Notes under the pieces: generated by a model
What the model saw: the letters and a program-made list of their open reading frames with translations, nothing else
What the model was told of the DNA's origin: nothing
Database searches by the model: none
In this document: positions 24,986 to 37,700 of the stretch, one piece after another
Layout: every line of letters starts with the position of its first letter
How positions within the stretch are numbered: position 1 is the stretch's first letter
Made by a program: the position numbers and the translations under genes
Assembly (NCBI GenBank): GCA_965285935.1
Contig: OZ260661.1
Coordinates: 141,608,001-141,672,000 of the forward strand
Reading direction: 5' to 3'
From: Ophelia neglecta
Lineage: Eukaryota
Length of the DNA stretch: 64,000 bases

Positions 24986-26399
24986 GCAAAATGCCGTACA
25001 TGTGCGATCTTTCCATGGGTATATTAGAATACTAACTCGATGAAGGATAGATATTCAAAAGTGCAATTTAATTCAAAACAGGGAATATGTTTTCAATGTC
25101 ATATATTCTTGTTTTTATTAATTATAGAACTTATCTTTTTACAGACACTTACAAATGTGTTTATGTACGATACTTTCAGTACATGGTTTATTAGAAATTA
25201 ATAAATTATTCTCACAACAAAGATAATGTAGTTACAAGGTATCATTCAATCTAATATAGATGTAGTTTACTAGTCAAACACAACATAATTTATGGGGTCA
25301 ATCTTCATCGAGCCACCATTTTGAATTCTTCATCATATTAAGTCCGGTTGGGAATGTGCCTGGAAGGACAATACGTGACTGTACCAGACAACTTATTACG
25401 TAGCAGACAAACTGACTTCGTGCCATTCAAAATTAACTTGTAACCAACTAAGTAAAATGCTCCCAAACAAACTAACATTTTATCAGACCAACTAACCAAG
25501 CATTGCAGCTGGCGTATATATAAACAACATATCAATCATTTCCAATCATTGCAGCTGGCGTATATATAGATTACATATCAACCATATCCAATCAATGCAG
25601 CTGGCGAATATATAGATTACATATCAACCATTTTGAAGCATTTCAGCTTGCGTATACTGAAAATTAAAATGATTTGTGAAAACAAATGTGAAATGTCTAA
25701 TATAGTAAGCCAACAAGCACACGTCAGCAATATTTCATGCTGTGGCAAGACTCAGGGGGAGCAGTAATAATATGGATACTGTAAAAATCTCTTCACGTAC
25801 ATTTTCAAGACATGTACCAGGTGAAGTCAAATGAAGATTTCAGAAATCAAGAAAATAACAACAACATCATCAAATAGCAGTACCTATGGCCGGACGAGGC
25901 AAACTACAGTATATATCTGACTGGTGCGTAGCCACATTGAAACGTCGCAAAAAACAAGCAGTCATAAGAAGTCTGTTCAATGCAGAGAGATTAGACCTAT
26001 AAGTGCGTGTACTAAGAGAGTTGTTCACACTTGGAAGAGTCACCCATTTTCAAGTGTTTTTCTTTACGTTCTACGGTCTATGTGCGTACCTTTTTTGATG
26101 AAGTTTATGTCACCATCTGGTTTCTCGTTCCTGATACCTGATGTAGCATCACCGGTCGTTCTCAGCACTTGGTTGTTATTTTCGTACTGCGCTTTTGAGT
26201 CCTTTCTTGTTCCATTCGTAGTTTTCAATGGTCACTTTGTTGACTAAATTTTCCATTTGTTTGTTGTTTATTAGAGTCATTTTCTGAATGTCTTCCATGT
26301 GTTTCTGTCAGCCAGGGTGATGATTCAGGAGACTTTTCTGGGGGCAGTAGCCTTGGCCGTAGACATCACTTCGGCCATATTTAGCACGAGATATATCTG

Positions 26400-26905
26400 T
26401 TCAATGTCATCTCCATGTAATCAAAGACATCTCCATGGTATTCTCGGTCACCTCCATGTGACCAAGGTCTTCTCCGCGCTATTCCCGGTCACCTCCATGT
26501 GGTCAAGGTATTCTCCGCGCTATTCCCGGTCACCTCCATGTGATCAAGGTCTTCTCCGCGCTATTCTCGGTCACCTCCTTATGGTCAAGGTCTTCTCCGC
26601 GCTATTCTCGGTCACCTGCATGTGGTCAAGGTCTTCTGAATGGTATTCTCGGTCACCTCCATGTGGTCAAGGTCTTCTGAATGGTATTCTCGGTCACCTC
26701 CATGTGGTCAAGGTCTTCTGAATGGTATTCTCGGTCACCTCCATGTGGTCAAGGTCTTCTCCGCGCTATTCTCGGTCACCTCCATGTGGTCAAGGTCTTC
26801 TGAATGGTATTCTCGGTCACCTCCATATGATCAAGGTCTTCTCCGCGCTATTCTCGGTCACCTCCATATGGTCAAGGTCTTCTCCGTGCTTTTCTTGGTC
26901 ACCTA
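26400..26905. repeat. 41-bp minisatellite (second copy at ~30900-31405)
   Basis: Unit TATTCTCGGTCACCTCCATGTGGTCAAGGTCTTCTCCGCGC, with a variant ending TTCTGAATGG. Confidence 0.93.
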
Positions 26906-27246
26906 CGTGCTTTATTATGTTGTAAATCCGGAAATTTTGTTTAGCAGGAAATGTTCCTGCTTATAACAAAAACATTTCTACTGGCAAAAATGTCCCGTTT
27001 TCGTTTCCCTACTGAAACGCCAATAACAAACCACTCCTTATACATACTCAGAGACTAAACTAACTGTTGTAAAAGTTTGCTGAAATATGACTAGCAAACT
27101 GCTAGTCAAAACTTATTGGCTTACAGTGTCAAGTTCAGGGGTTTTATGGCTTACAGTGTCAATATTTGGGTTTTCTCAACTTATAGTGTCAATTTCCGGG
27201 TTTTTCTTGCCTAAGAGCGTCAAGTTCGGTGTTTTCCAAATAAGTT

Positions 27247-29403
27247 TTAGTTCATCAGTCGACTTCCGAAATAAATGATAAAATATACTAAAGGAGTTAC
27301 AATCCAGAGCATTGGAATCACATATATATTTATAATATACGCGTAATATGTGGGGATGGAGATCTCGAGCAATGACATTAAAGACACTACTGTTATTGGA
27401 GACGATAGAATCACATCGACAGTAGTCTGCCGTACAAAGTTCACGAGAGGATTGGTCGCCTTCTTCGACATTCTCCCGCCAAGAGCCTTAACTGAGGAGG
27501 ACGAAAGAGTCATTATTTTATATATCTTCCACTGCAGTATACAGCATATTAATAGTGATATAAAGTGTATTGCCAGATAGCAGATTAGCAATGCCCTGCC
27601 TTGCAGCTGAGGTGCTGTTGGAGGAAAGAAAAACGAACAGTGCTCATTCAGATCAGAAACGGCCTCTAAAGAAAAGCTCCAAACATGGGTGGCTGCCACG
27701 ATAGCCAATAATGACGTCCACGTGATACCAACGTACACTGTAGTATGACGATCTGCCTTCAGAATGGCTGATTTGAAGAGTTTATTGCGCTGGTACATTG
27801 ATAAGAAGCTTATCGCTTTTGAAACAAATACAGAGCACATGACCAAATACTGGATATAACTGGCTAATACGCATAGCACATGACGGGTACCATAAGGATA
27901 ATAAATAGCTTCAACATCAAATAGCAATTCTCGGAAAGTGATGATTTGAATATACATTCCCAACACAATACCAGATATATTGAGAGACAGAACAGTCCGT
28001 TGCCTACTAAATAGAGGTGCGTCACTTTTCAGTTTTATCACAATAGCATTCAATGCCATAAGACATACAGAAAATACCGTGGCAGCTATAAGCTGGCCAA
28101 CCGTAAGTTCGCCTTCGCATAAGGAGGTAACAAGACATTTACTATTGTCAAACCAACAACAGAAATAGCCCACCTCTGGATAAATGCTGACATTAAACAT
28201 ATATTTAGAATTATATGCTTTTTTTATTGGATTATCCGAGAGGATGATTTTCTCTAAATTTGGAAACGGGATAAAAAGAGAAAAGTCAAAAATGGTCATT
28301 TCATTAAATGAAAGATCAATCAGCTTTACAGACGGCAAATTATGAAACGAATTTCTTTTGAGCTGATGTAAATTCATAGATCGGAAATTAAGACTTGCCA
28401 ACCTTAAAAGATTATTAAGTGCCAAATGCTTTATTTCATTGATTCGATTGCCTTTTAAGATGATTGATCGCAGATTATTAAGACTGTCGAATGCTCCCGT
28501 TCCTACAACTTCAATACTATTGTCCGACAAATCTATGACAGCCACATTTGGAACAGAAGAAAATACATTTGCCGATACATCAACAAATGAATTAGATGAC
28601 AGATCAAGAGACACTACATGGTCACCAAGGATAAATTTTGGAATAATGCGCTGGTTTCCAGAGATACGGACGGCTTTCAACAAATAAACGTTTATTGAGC
28701 CATAAACAGTCGCATTAACACATAGCATAGACATCCATTGGCAATCACAATTTTGGTTACACGTGACATTACAGAAAAACTCATCCTCTCCATATAAAGG
28801 ACACTCGACTTTGCCATCACAAATACTACTCTGTGGCAAACAAAAACCTCCTTTGCATTGAAAAAACCCAGGGCAGTTCAGATGCTGGCCACTAGGTGGA
28901 CACTCGAGCTCATCTTCCCCTTTTAAACAATGGAACTCCCCGTCACAAACAAGAAACAGCGGCAGACAATATGATTGAGGACACTTAAACCGCCCTGGAC
29001 ACTGAAATTTTTGACATTGCTTTAAGTGGTCGCCGTGTCTACAATGCATAATTTTTCCATATGGACCCAACTCATAGACACAGAGTCTGTTCAGCGGAAA
29101 ACACCTAGATGGAGGGTTTGAACATGGTATATATTTGTCAGAACTACAGTTGATTAGTCCCAATGACCGTAAAGGATCCCAAACAAATGTCTCGTCTGAT
29201 ATTCCACTACCTGTACAATCGGGTACTTGGTCGTCAACCCAATCCATTGGTATGCATGTATTGGTAGAACGACACAAAAATGAACCAATGCATAGCGGAT
29301 GGCCTGCGATAATTGAGGCGGGTATTGGATACTGTTGAATCGGCTGTTGCCCATCCATATTAAGAATGGGTAATGGTTCTGTTAGGAGCGGCTGTACACA
29401 GAG

Positions 29404-29405
<2 letters not shown>
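27247..29405 (-). pseudogene. 5'-truncated duplicate of the GRL101-like receptor (LDLa-LRR-7TM part; 703-aa open frame)
   Basis: Matches the C-terminal 703 aa of 31746-35045 except for P/H and P/S substitutions. It is broken mid-exon against a (TA)n tract and has no signal peptide. It may be an assembly or haplotype duplicate. Confidence 0.7.
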
Positions 29406-29447
<42 letters not shown>

Positions 29448-31745
29448 TCATATATCTATATATATACTCAAAATATTTATACGCAAAATGCCGTACAGGT
29501 GCGATCTTTCCATGGGGTATATTAGAATACTAACTCGATGATGGATAGATATTCAAAAGTGCAATTTAATTCAAAACAGGGGAATATGTTTTCAATGTCA
29601 TATATTCTTGTTTTTATTAATTATAGAACTTATCTTTTTACAGACACTTACAAATGTGTTTATGTACGATACTTTCAGTACATGGTTTATTAGAAATTAA
29701 TAAATTATTCTCACAACAAAGATAATGTAGTTACAAGGTATCATTCAATCTAATATAGATGTAGTTTACTAGTCAAACACAACATAATTTATGGGGTCAA
29801 TCTTCATCGAGCCACCATTTTGAATTCTTCATCATATTAAGTCCGGTTGGGAATGTGCCTGGAAGGACAATACGTGACTGTACCAGACAACTTATTACAT
29901 AGCAGACAAACTGACTTCGTGCCATTCAAAATTAACTTGTAACCAACTAAGTAAAATGCTCCCAAACAAACTAACATTTTATCAGACCAACTAACCAAGC
30001 ATTGCAGCTGGCGTATATATAAACAACATATCAATCATTTCCAATCATTGCAGCTGGCGTATATATAGATTACATATCAACCATATCCAATCAATGCAGC
30101 TGGCGAATATATAGATTACATATCAACCATTTCCAAGCATTTCAGCTTGCGTATACTGAAAATTAAAATGATTTGTGAAAACAAATGTGAAACGTCTAAT
30201 ATAGTAAGCCAACAAGCACACGTCAGCATTATTTCATGCAGTGGCAAGACTCAGGGGGAGCAGTGATAATATGGATACTGTAAAAATCTCTTCACGTATA
30301 TTTTCAAGACATGTACCAGGTGAGGTCAAATGAAGATTTCAGAAATCAAGAAAATAACAACAACATCATCAAATAGCAGTACCTATGGCCGGACGAGGCA
30401 AACTACAGTATATATCTGACTGGTGCGTAGCCACATTGAAACGTCGCAAAAAACAAGCAGTCATAAGAAGTCTGTTTAATGCAGAGAGATTAGACCTATA
30501 AGTGCGTGTACTAAAAGAGTTGTTCACACTTGGAAGAGTCACCCATTTTCAAGTGTTTTTCTTTACGTTCTACGGTCTATGTGCGTACCTTTTTTGATGA
30601 AGTTTATGTCGCCATCTGGTTTCTCGTTCCTGATACCTGATGTAGCATCACCGGTCGTTCTCAGCACTTGGTTGTTATTTTCGTACTGCGCTTTTGAGTC
30701 CTTTCTTGTTCCATTCGTAGTTTTCAATGGTCACTTTGTTGACTAAATTTTCCATTTGTTTGTTGTTTATTAGAGTCATTTTCTGAATGTCTTCCATGTG
30801 TTTCTGTCAGCCAGGGTGATGATTCAGGAGACTTTTCTGGGGGCAGTAGCCTTGGCCGTAGACATCACTTCGGCCATATTTAGCACGAGATATATCTGTT
30901 CAATGTCATCTCCATGTAATCAAAGACATCTCCATGGTATTCTCGGTCACCTCCATGTGACCAAGGTCTTCTCCGCGCTATTCCCGGTCACCTCCATGTG
31001 GTCAAGGTCTTCTCCGCGCTATTCCCGGTCACCTCCATGTAATCAAGGTCTTCTCCGCGCTATTCTCGGTCACCTCCTTATGGTCAAGGTCTACTCCGCG
31101 CTATTCTCGGTCACCTCCATGTGGTCAAGGTCTTCTGAATGGTATTCTCGGTCACCTCCATGTGGTCAAGGTCTTCTGAATGGTATTCTCGGTCACCTCC
31201 ATGTGGTCAAGGTCTTCTGAATGGTATTCTCGGTCACCTCCATGTGGTCAAGGTCTTCTCCGCGCTATTCTCGGTCACCTCCATGTGGTCAAGGTCTTCT
31301 GAATGGTATTCTCGGTCACCTCCATATGGTCAAGGTCTTCTCCGCGCTATTCTCGGTCACCTCCATATGGTCAAGGTCTTCTCCGTGCTTTTCTTGGTCA
31401 CCTACGTGCTTTATTATGTTGTAAATCCGGAAATTTTGTTTAGCAGGAAATGTTCCTGCTTATAACAAAAAATTTTCTACTGGCAAAAATGTCCTGTTTT
31501 CGTTTCCCCACTGAAACGCCAATAACAAACCACTCCTTATACATACTCAGAGACTAAACTAACTGTTGTAAAAGTTTGCTGAAATATGACTAGCAAACTG
31601 CTAGTCAAAACTTATTGGCTTACAGTGTCAAGTTCAGGGGTTTTATGGCTTACAGTGTCAATATTTGGGTTTTCTTAACTTATAGTGTCAATTTCCGGGT
31701 TTTTCTTGCCTAAGAGCGTCAAGTTCGGTGTTTTCCAAATAAGTT

Positions 31746-34700
31746 TTAGTTCATCAGTCGACTTCCGAAATAAATGATAAAATATACTAAAGGAGTTACA
31801 ATCCAGAGCATTGGAATCACATATATATTTATAATATACGCGTAATATGTGGGGATGGAGATCTCGAGCAATGACATTAAAGACACTACTGTTATTGGAG
31901 ACGATAGAATCACATCGACAGTAGTCTGCCGTACAAAGTTCACGAGAGGATTGGTCGCCTTCTTCGACATTCTCCCGCCAAGAGCCTTAACTGAGGAGGA
32001 CGAAAGAGTCATTATTTTATATATCTTCCACTGCAGTATACAGCATATTAATAGTGATATAAAGTGTATTGCCAGATAGCAGATTAGCAATGCCCTGCCT
32101 TGCAGCTGAGGTGCTGTTGGAGGAAAGAAAAACGAACAGTGCTCATTCAGATCAGAAACGGCCTCTAAAGAAAAGCTCCAAACATGGGTGGCTGCCACGA
32201 TAGCTAATAATGACGTCCACGTGATACCAACGTACACTGTAGTATGACGATCTGCCTTCAGAATGGCTGATTTGAAGAGTTTATTGCGCTGGTACATTGA
32301 TAAGAAGCTTATCGCTTTTGAAACAAATACAGAGCACATGACCAAATACTGGATATAACTGGCTAATACGCATAGCACATGACGGGTACCATAAGAATAA
32401 TAAATAGCTTCAACATCAAATAGCAATTCTCGGAAAGTGATGATTTGAATATACATTCCCAACACAATACCAGATATATTGAGAGACAGAACAGTCCGTT
32501 GCCTACTAAATAGAGGTGCGTCACTTTTCAGTTTTATCACAATAGCATTCAATGCCATAAGACATACAGAAAATACCGTGGCAGCTATAAGCTGGCCAAC
32601 CGTAAGTTCGCCTTCGCATAAGGAGGTAACAAGACATTTACTATTGTCAAACCAACAACAGAAATAGCCCACCTCTGGATAAATGCTGACATTAAACATA
32701 TATTTAGAATTATATGCTTTTTTTATTGGATTATCCGAGAGGATGATTTTCTCTAAATTTGGAAACGGGATAAAAAGAGAAAAGTCAAAAATGGTCATTT
32801 CATTAAATGAAAGATCAATCAGCTTTACAGACGGCAAATTATGAAACGAATTTCTTTTGAGCTGATGTAAATTCATAGATCGGAAATTAAGACTTGCCAA
32901 CCTTAAAAGATTATTAAGTGCCAAATGCTTTATTTCATTGATTCGATTGCCTTTTAAGATGATTGATCGCAGATTATTAAGACTGTCGAATGCTCCCGTT
33001 CCTACAACTTCAATACTATTGTCCGACAAATCTATGACAGCCACATTTGGAACAGAAGAAAATACATTTGCCGATACATCAACAAACGAATTAGATGACA
33101 GATCAAGAGACACTACATGGTCACCAAGGATAAATTTTGGAATAATGCGCTGGTTTCCAGAGATACGGACGGCTTTCAACAAATAAACGTTTATTGAGCC
33201 ATAAACAGTCGCATTAACACATAGCATAGACATCCATTGGCAATCACAATTTTGGTTACACGTGACATTACAGAAAAACTCATCCTCTCCATATAAAGGA
33301 CACTCGACTTTGCCATCACAAATACTACTCTGTGGCAAACAAAAACCTCCTTTGCATTGAAAAAACCCAGGGCAGTTCAGATGCTGGCCACTAGGTGGAC
33401 ACTCGAGCTCATCTTCCCCTTTTAAACAATGGAACTCCCCGTCACAAACAAGAAACAGCGGCAGACAATATGATTGAGGACACTTAAACCGCCCTGGACA
33501 CTGAAATTTTTGACATTGCTTTAAGTGGTCGCCGTGTCTACAATGCATAATTTTTCCATATGGACCCAACTCATAGACACAGAGTCTGTTCAGCGGAAAA
33601 CACCTAGATGGAGGGTTTGAACATGGTATATATTTGTCAGAACTACAGTTGATTAGTCCCAATGACCGTAAAGGATCCCAAACAAATGTCTCGTCTGATA
33701 TTCCACTACCTGTACAATCGGGTACTTGGTCGTCAACCCAATCCATTGGTATGCATGTATTGGTAGAACGACACAAAAATGAACCAATGCATAGCGGATG
33801 GCCTGCGATAATTGAGGCGTGTATTGGATACTGTTGAATCGGCTGTTGCCCATCCATATTAAGAATGGGTAATGGTTCTGTTAGGAGCGGCTGTACACAG
33901 AGTTCCTCGTCCTCCTGGTCGCGGCAGTCTGGGCGAGTGTCACACACCTTGTACCAAGGCAGACATCGTCCAGACTGACACTGGTAGTAGTGAGGAGCAC
34001 AGGAACACCATGGCTGTGTGCAATTGTCTCTAAAAGCATTAGTCCCATAGGAACCATTTTGAAAACGATATATGGCCATGATCTCGTCTGACTCGTCATC
34101 ACAGTCGTTTTCACCATCCACCATGGCCCATTCAGATACACAAGATCCGTATTTACACTTGAACTGGAAGTTAAAACAGGGCACATTGTTGTTGACGAAG
34201 GGTTCCTTGCTATTGAGGCCCACACGGAGAGCATTTGAACATGTTGTATGTCCGTTTACTTTAATTGCCTGTGACGTTTTGTTGTCAATTATAACCCAGT
34301 CACAAATGCCCAAGTAGTCCATCCGTCGTAAAGACTCACTAATCCCTAAAACATATTTCTCCTTGGAATATTGTGGATTAAATTGTAAAGTGGGAGGTAG
34401 AGCTACGCCTGGAGTTGGCCTGAGACACTTATTATCGTGTGCTAGATAGTTATGTTGACACTCCATAAGAGGCTTAACCAAAGTGCCATTTACAACTCGG
34501 ACAGAAAGCACATCGAGATCGGTAGTGATGTTGTTGACGTTTGTTATATAGTTAAAGCAGATGGGTACCACGGCGTGGGACAAATGGCAGATACTACTAA
34601 GCAAGTGTTGAATGTTTTTGGTTAGCTTGGAGATAGTATGATGATCAAAATGCTTCGGAGCCTCTAAAGTATTTGAAGAGCAATTGTACGAGCCTTTATT

Positions 34701-37700
34701 GGTCCAGCCGAATTTCTGTACACCGTCGTCACAGCTGGGGTCGAGCAATGGGAACGCCATGAACAGAGCGTCAATGTATATCACTAGGTGACCATCATAC
34801 GAAGCTCTTTTGATTGGATAAAAAGAATCATTTGACCATGACTGACAAATCAACTGTTCAGCCCATATTCTGCCTTGGCATGATATCCTGTACCATACCA
34901 AGTTTTTTCTTGTACGTACACCCACTTTATCGACAGTATTAAGCAAACCACAAACATCATCGTCGGCTATGCGATTGCCATGATAAACAAAGCTTTCCGG
35001 TTCAATGCTGTTAATAATGGCCTTTTCTCCAGTCGACCAGTGCATCTGTAAATAAAAACAAAGAAAGTTAAAGAAAACAAAAGCTAGTTTTATCTTCGCG
35101 GTTCAATATACAACCTATTGATTGTTATTTGTCCTTATATTAGCTGAGTACTTTTGACCGCCCTAAAGTTAAAAAAACCGCAAAGTTTTCACGATTATCC
35201 AGTACTACAAATTCATCTAGAAAAGACTGCAAAAGAGGCAGCAGCAAGAAATATCAACGGCGTAGGCACTGAATACAAATACACACATACTAATACATTT
35301 CATACACGATAAGAAATATGGTAATTAAAAGACACATATTTTCATATTAATACGCAAGCATAGTAAAAGAATAACCTGTACACGTGCAATGGCATTGTGG
35401 CAATTTATAGGCACAGTGTAGATTATGATCAAGGTTTACATTGTGATCAAAGCAAAGGCAGCAGGGGCATAACACAAACCTAATAGGGACATAACACAAA
35501 CCTAATAGGGGCATAACATAAACCTAATAGGGGCATAACACAAACCTAATAGGGGCATAACACAAACCTAATAGGGGCATAACACAAACCTAATAGGGTA
35601 TAACATAAACCTAATAGGGGCATAACACAAACCTAATAGGGGCATAACACAAACCTAATAGGGTATAACATAAACCTAATAGGGGCATAACACAAACCTA
35701 ATAGGGGCATAACACAACCTAACAGGGGCATAACACAAACCTAATAGGGGCATAACACAAACCTAATAGGGGCATAACACAAACCTAAAAGGGGCATAAC
35801 ACAAACCTAATAGGGGCATAACATAAACCTAATTGGGGCAAAACACAAACCTAATAGGGGCATAACACAACCTAACAGGGGCATAACACAAACCTAATAG
35901 GGGCATAAGACAAACCTAATAGGGGCATACCACAAACCTAAAAGGGGCATAACACAACCTAACAGGGGCATAACACAAACCTAATAGGGGCATAACATAA
36001 ACCTAATAGGGGCAAAACACAAACCTAAAAGGGGCATAACACAAACCTAATAGGGGCATAACATAAACCTAATAGGGGCAAAACACAAACCTAATAGGGG
36101 CATAACACAACCTAACAGGGGCATAACACAAACCTAAAAGGGGCATAACACAAACCTAAAAGGGGCATAACACAAACCTAATAGGGGCATAACACAAACC
36201 TAATAGGGGCATAACACAAACCTAAAAGGGGCATAACACAAACCTAAAAGGGGCATAACACAACCTAACAGGGGCATAACACAAACCTAATAGGGGCATA
36301 ACACAAACCTAATAGGGGCATAACACAACCTAACAGGGGCATAACACAAACCTAATAGGGGCATAACACAAACCTAATAGGGGCATAACATAAACCTAAT
36401 AGGGGCATAACACAAACCTAATAGGGGCATAACACAACCTAACAGGGGCATAACACAAACCTAATAGGGGCATAACACAAACCTAAAAGGGGCATAACAC
36501 AAACCTAATAGGGGCATAACATAAACCTAATAGGGGCAAAACACAAATGTAATAGGGGCATAACACAAGCTAACAGGGGCATAACACAAACCTAATAGGG
36601 GCATAACACAAACCTAATAGAGGCATAACACAAACCTAAAAGGGGCATAACACAAACCTAAAAGGGGCATAACACAACCTAACAGGGGCATAACACAAAC
36701 CTAATAGGGGCATAACATTAACCTAATAGGGGCATAACACAAACCTAATAGGGGCATAACATAAACCTAATAGGGGCATAACACAAACCTAAAAGGGGCA
36801 TAACACAACCTAACAGGGGCATAACCCAAACCTAATCAGGGGCATAACACAAACCTAATAGGGGCATAACACAAACCTAATAGGGGCATAACACAAACCT
36901 AATAGGGGCATAACACAAACCTAATAGGGGCATAACATAAACCTAATAGGGGCATAACACAACCTAACAGGGGCATAACACAAACCTAATAGGGGCATAA
37001 CATAAACCTAATAGGGGCATAACACAAACCTAATAGGGGCAAAACACAAACCTAATAGGGGCATAACACAAACCTAATAGGGGCAAAACACAAACCTAAT
37101 AGGGGCATAACACAAACCTAATAGGGGCATAACACAAACCTAATAGGGGCATAACACAAACCTAATAGGGGCATAACACAAACTTAATCGGTGAAAATTT
37201 ATTTTACTCCATACACTCACTTCCCACAATTCCACGCGAAACAGAAGTATCCTTCATCAACTGGGTTTATTTTGATGACCGCAAGAAAAGCAGTTTATTA
37301 TGATGCATATCTTGGAATAGGTTGAATGAAAAGGTGTTAATGTAGTCAATATTTGTATTTGTGGGTCAAATTGATGTTTCAACCAAATTCTGACATAATC
37401 GCTAATCGTGTTTAGCTTGTACATTTAGTTTCGTTTTTTGAATTCCTTATTTTTCCATTAACCTGTCTTGTGTTGTACAAGTTGAGCATATTGTGCTCAT
37501 ATTTCTGCTGTAAATTGGACATGTGATTTTATTGATCGATTTAATAATGCTGTTTTACTCTCATGATATTAAATAGACCGACGCATTGGTATGAGTAATC
37601 AAATAAATTATTTCCACCCCCCCCCCCCCCCCTACCCCCCCTCGCATCTCGCATACTTTCAAACGGGCCGCCCAATGTGAGAGGTCATCCAACACCGCTA

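Larger units (their letters stand above)
24986..33904. repeat. ~4.5-kb direct tandem duplication (24986-29405 vs 29483-33904)
   Basis: Near-identical copies at an offset of ~4499 with scattered substitutions. The junction is a (TA)n tract at 29405-29470, and the left copy starts exactly at the N gap. Confidence 0.97.

Noticed and set aside
24736-25035. ORFs spanning the N run
   Set aside because: Artefacts of the assembly gap.
26299-26966. ORFs of 67-140 aa (duplicated at 30798-31465)
   Set aside because: They are translations of a 41-bp repeat that cycles through all three frames.
31725-31765. Hammerhead-like CTGATGA...GAAA on the - strand (also ~27230-27260)
   Set aside because: No proper stem II or flanking stems could be formed, and it overlaps the receptor stop codon.
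35461-37185. CRISPR-like appearance of the 20-41-bp arrays (also at 17011, 20560 and 26400)
   Set aside because: Units are head-to-tail with no unique spacers, there are no cas genes, and the context is eukaryotic and mostly intronic.
37221-37260. Extra micro-exon in the GPCR intron (CCCAG...GTGAGT on the - strand)
   Set aside because: At 40 nt it would shift the frame; the direct phase-0 join already restores the lectin domain.
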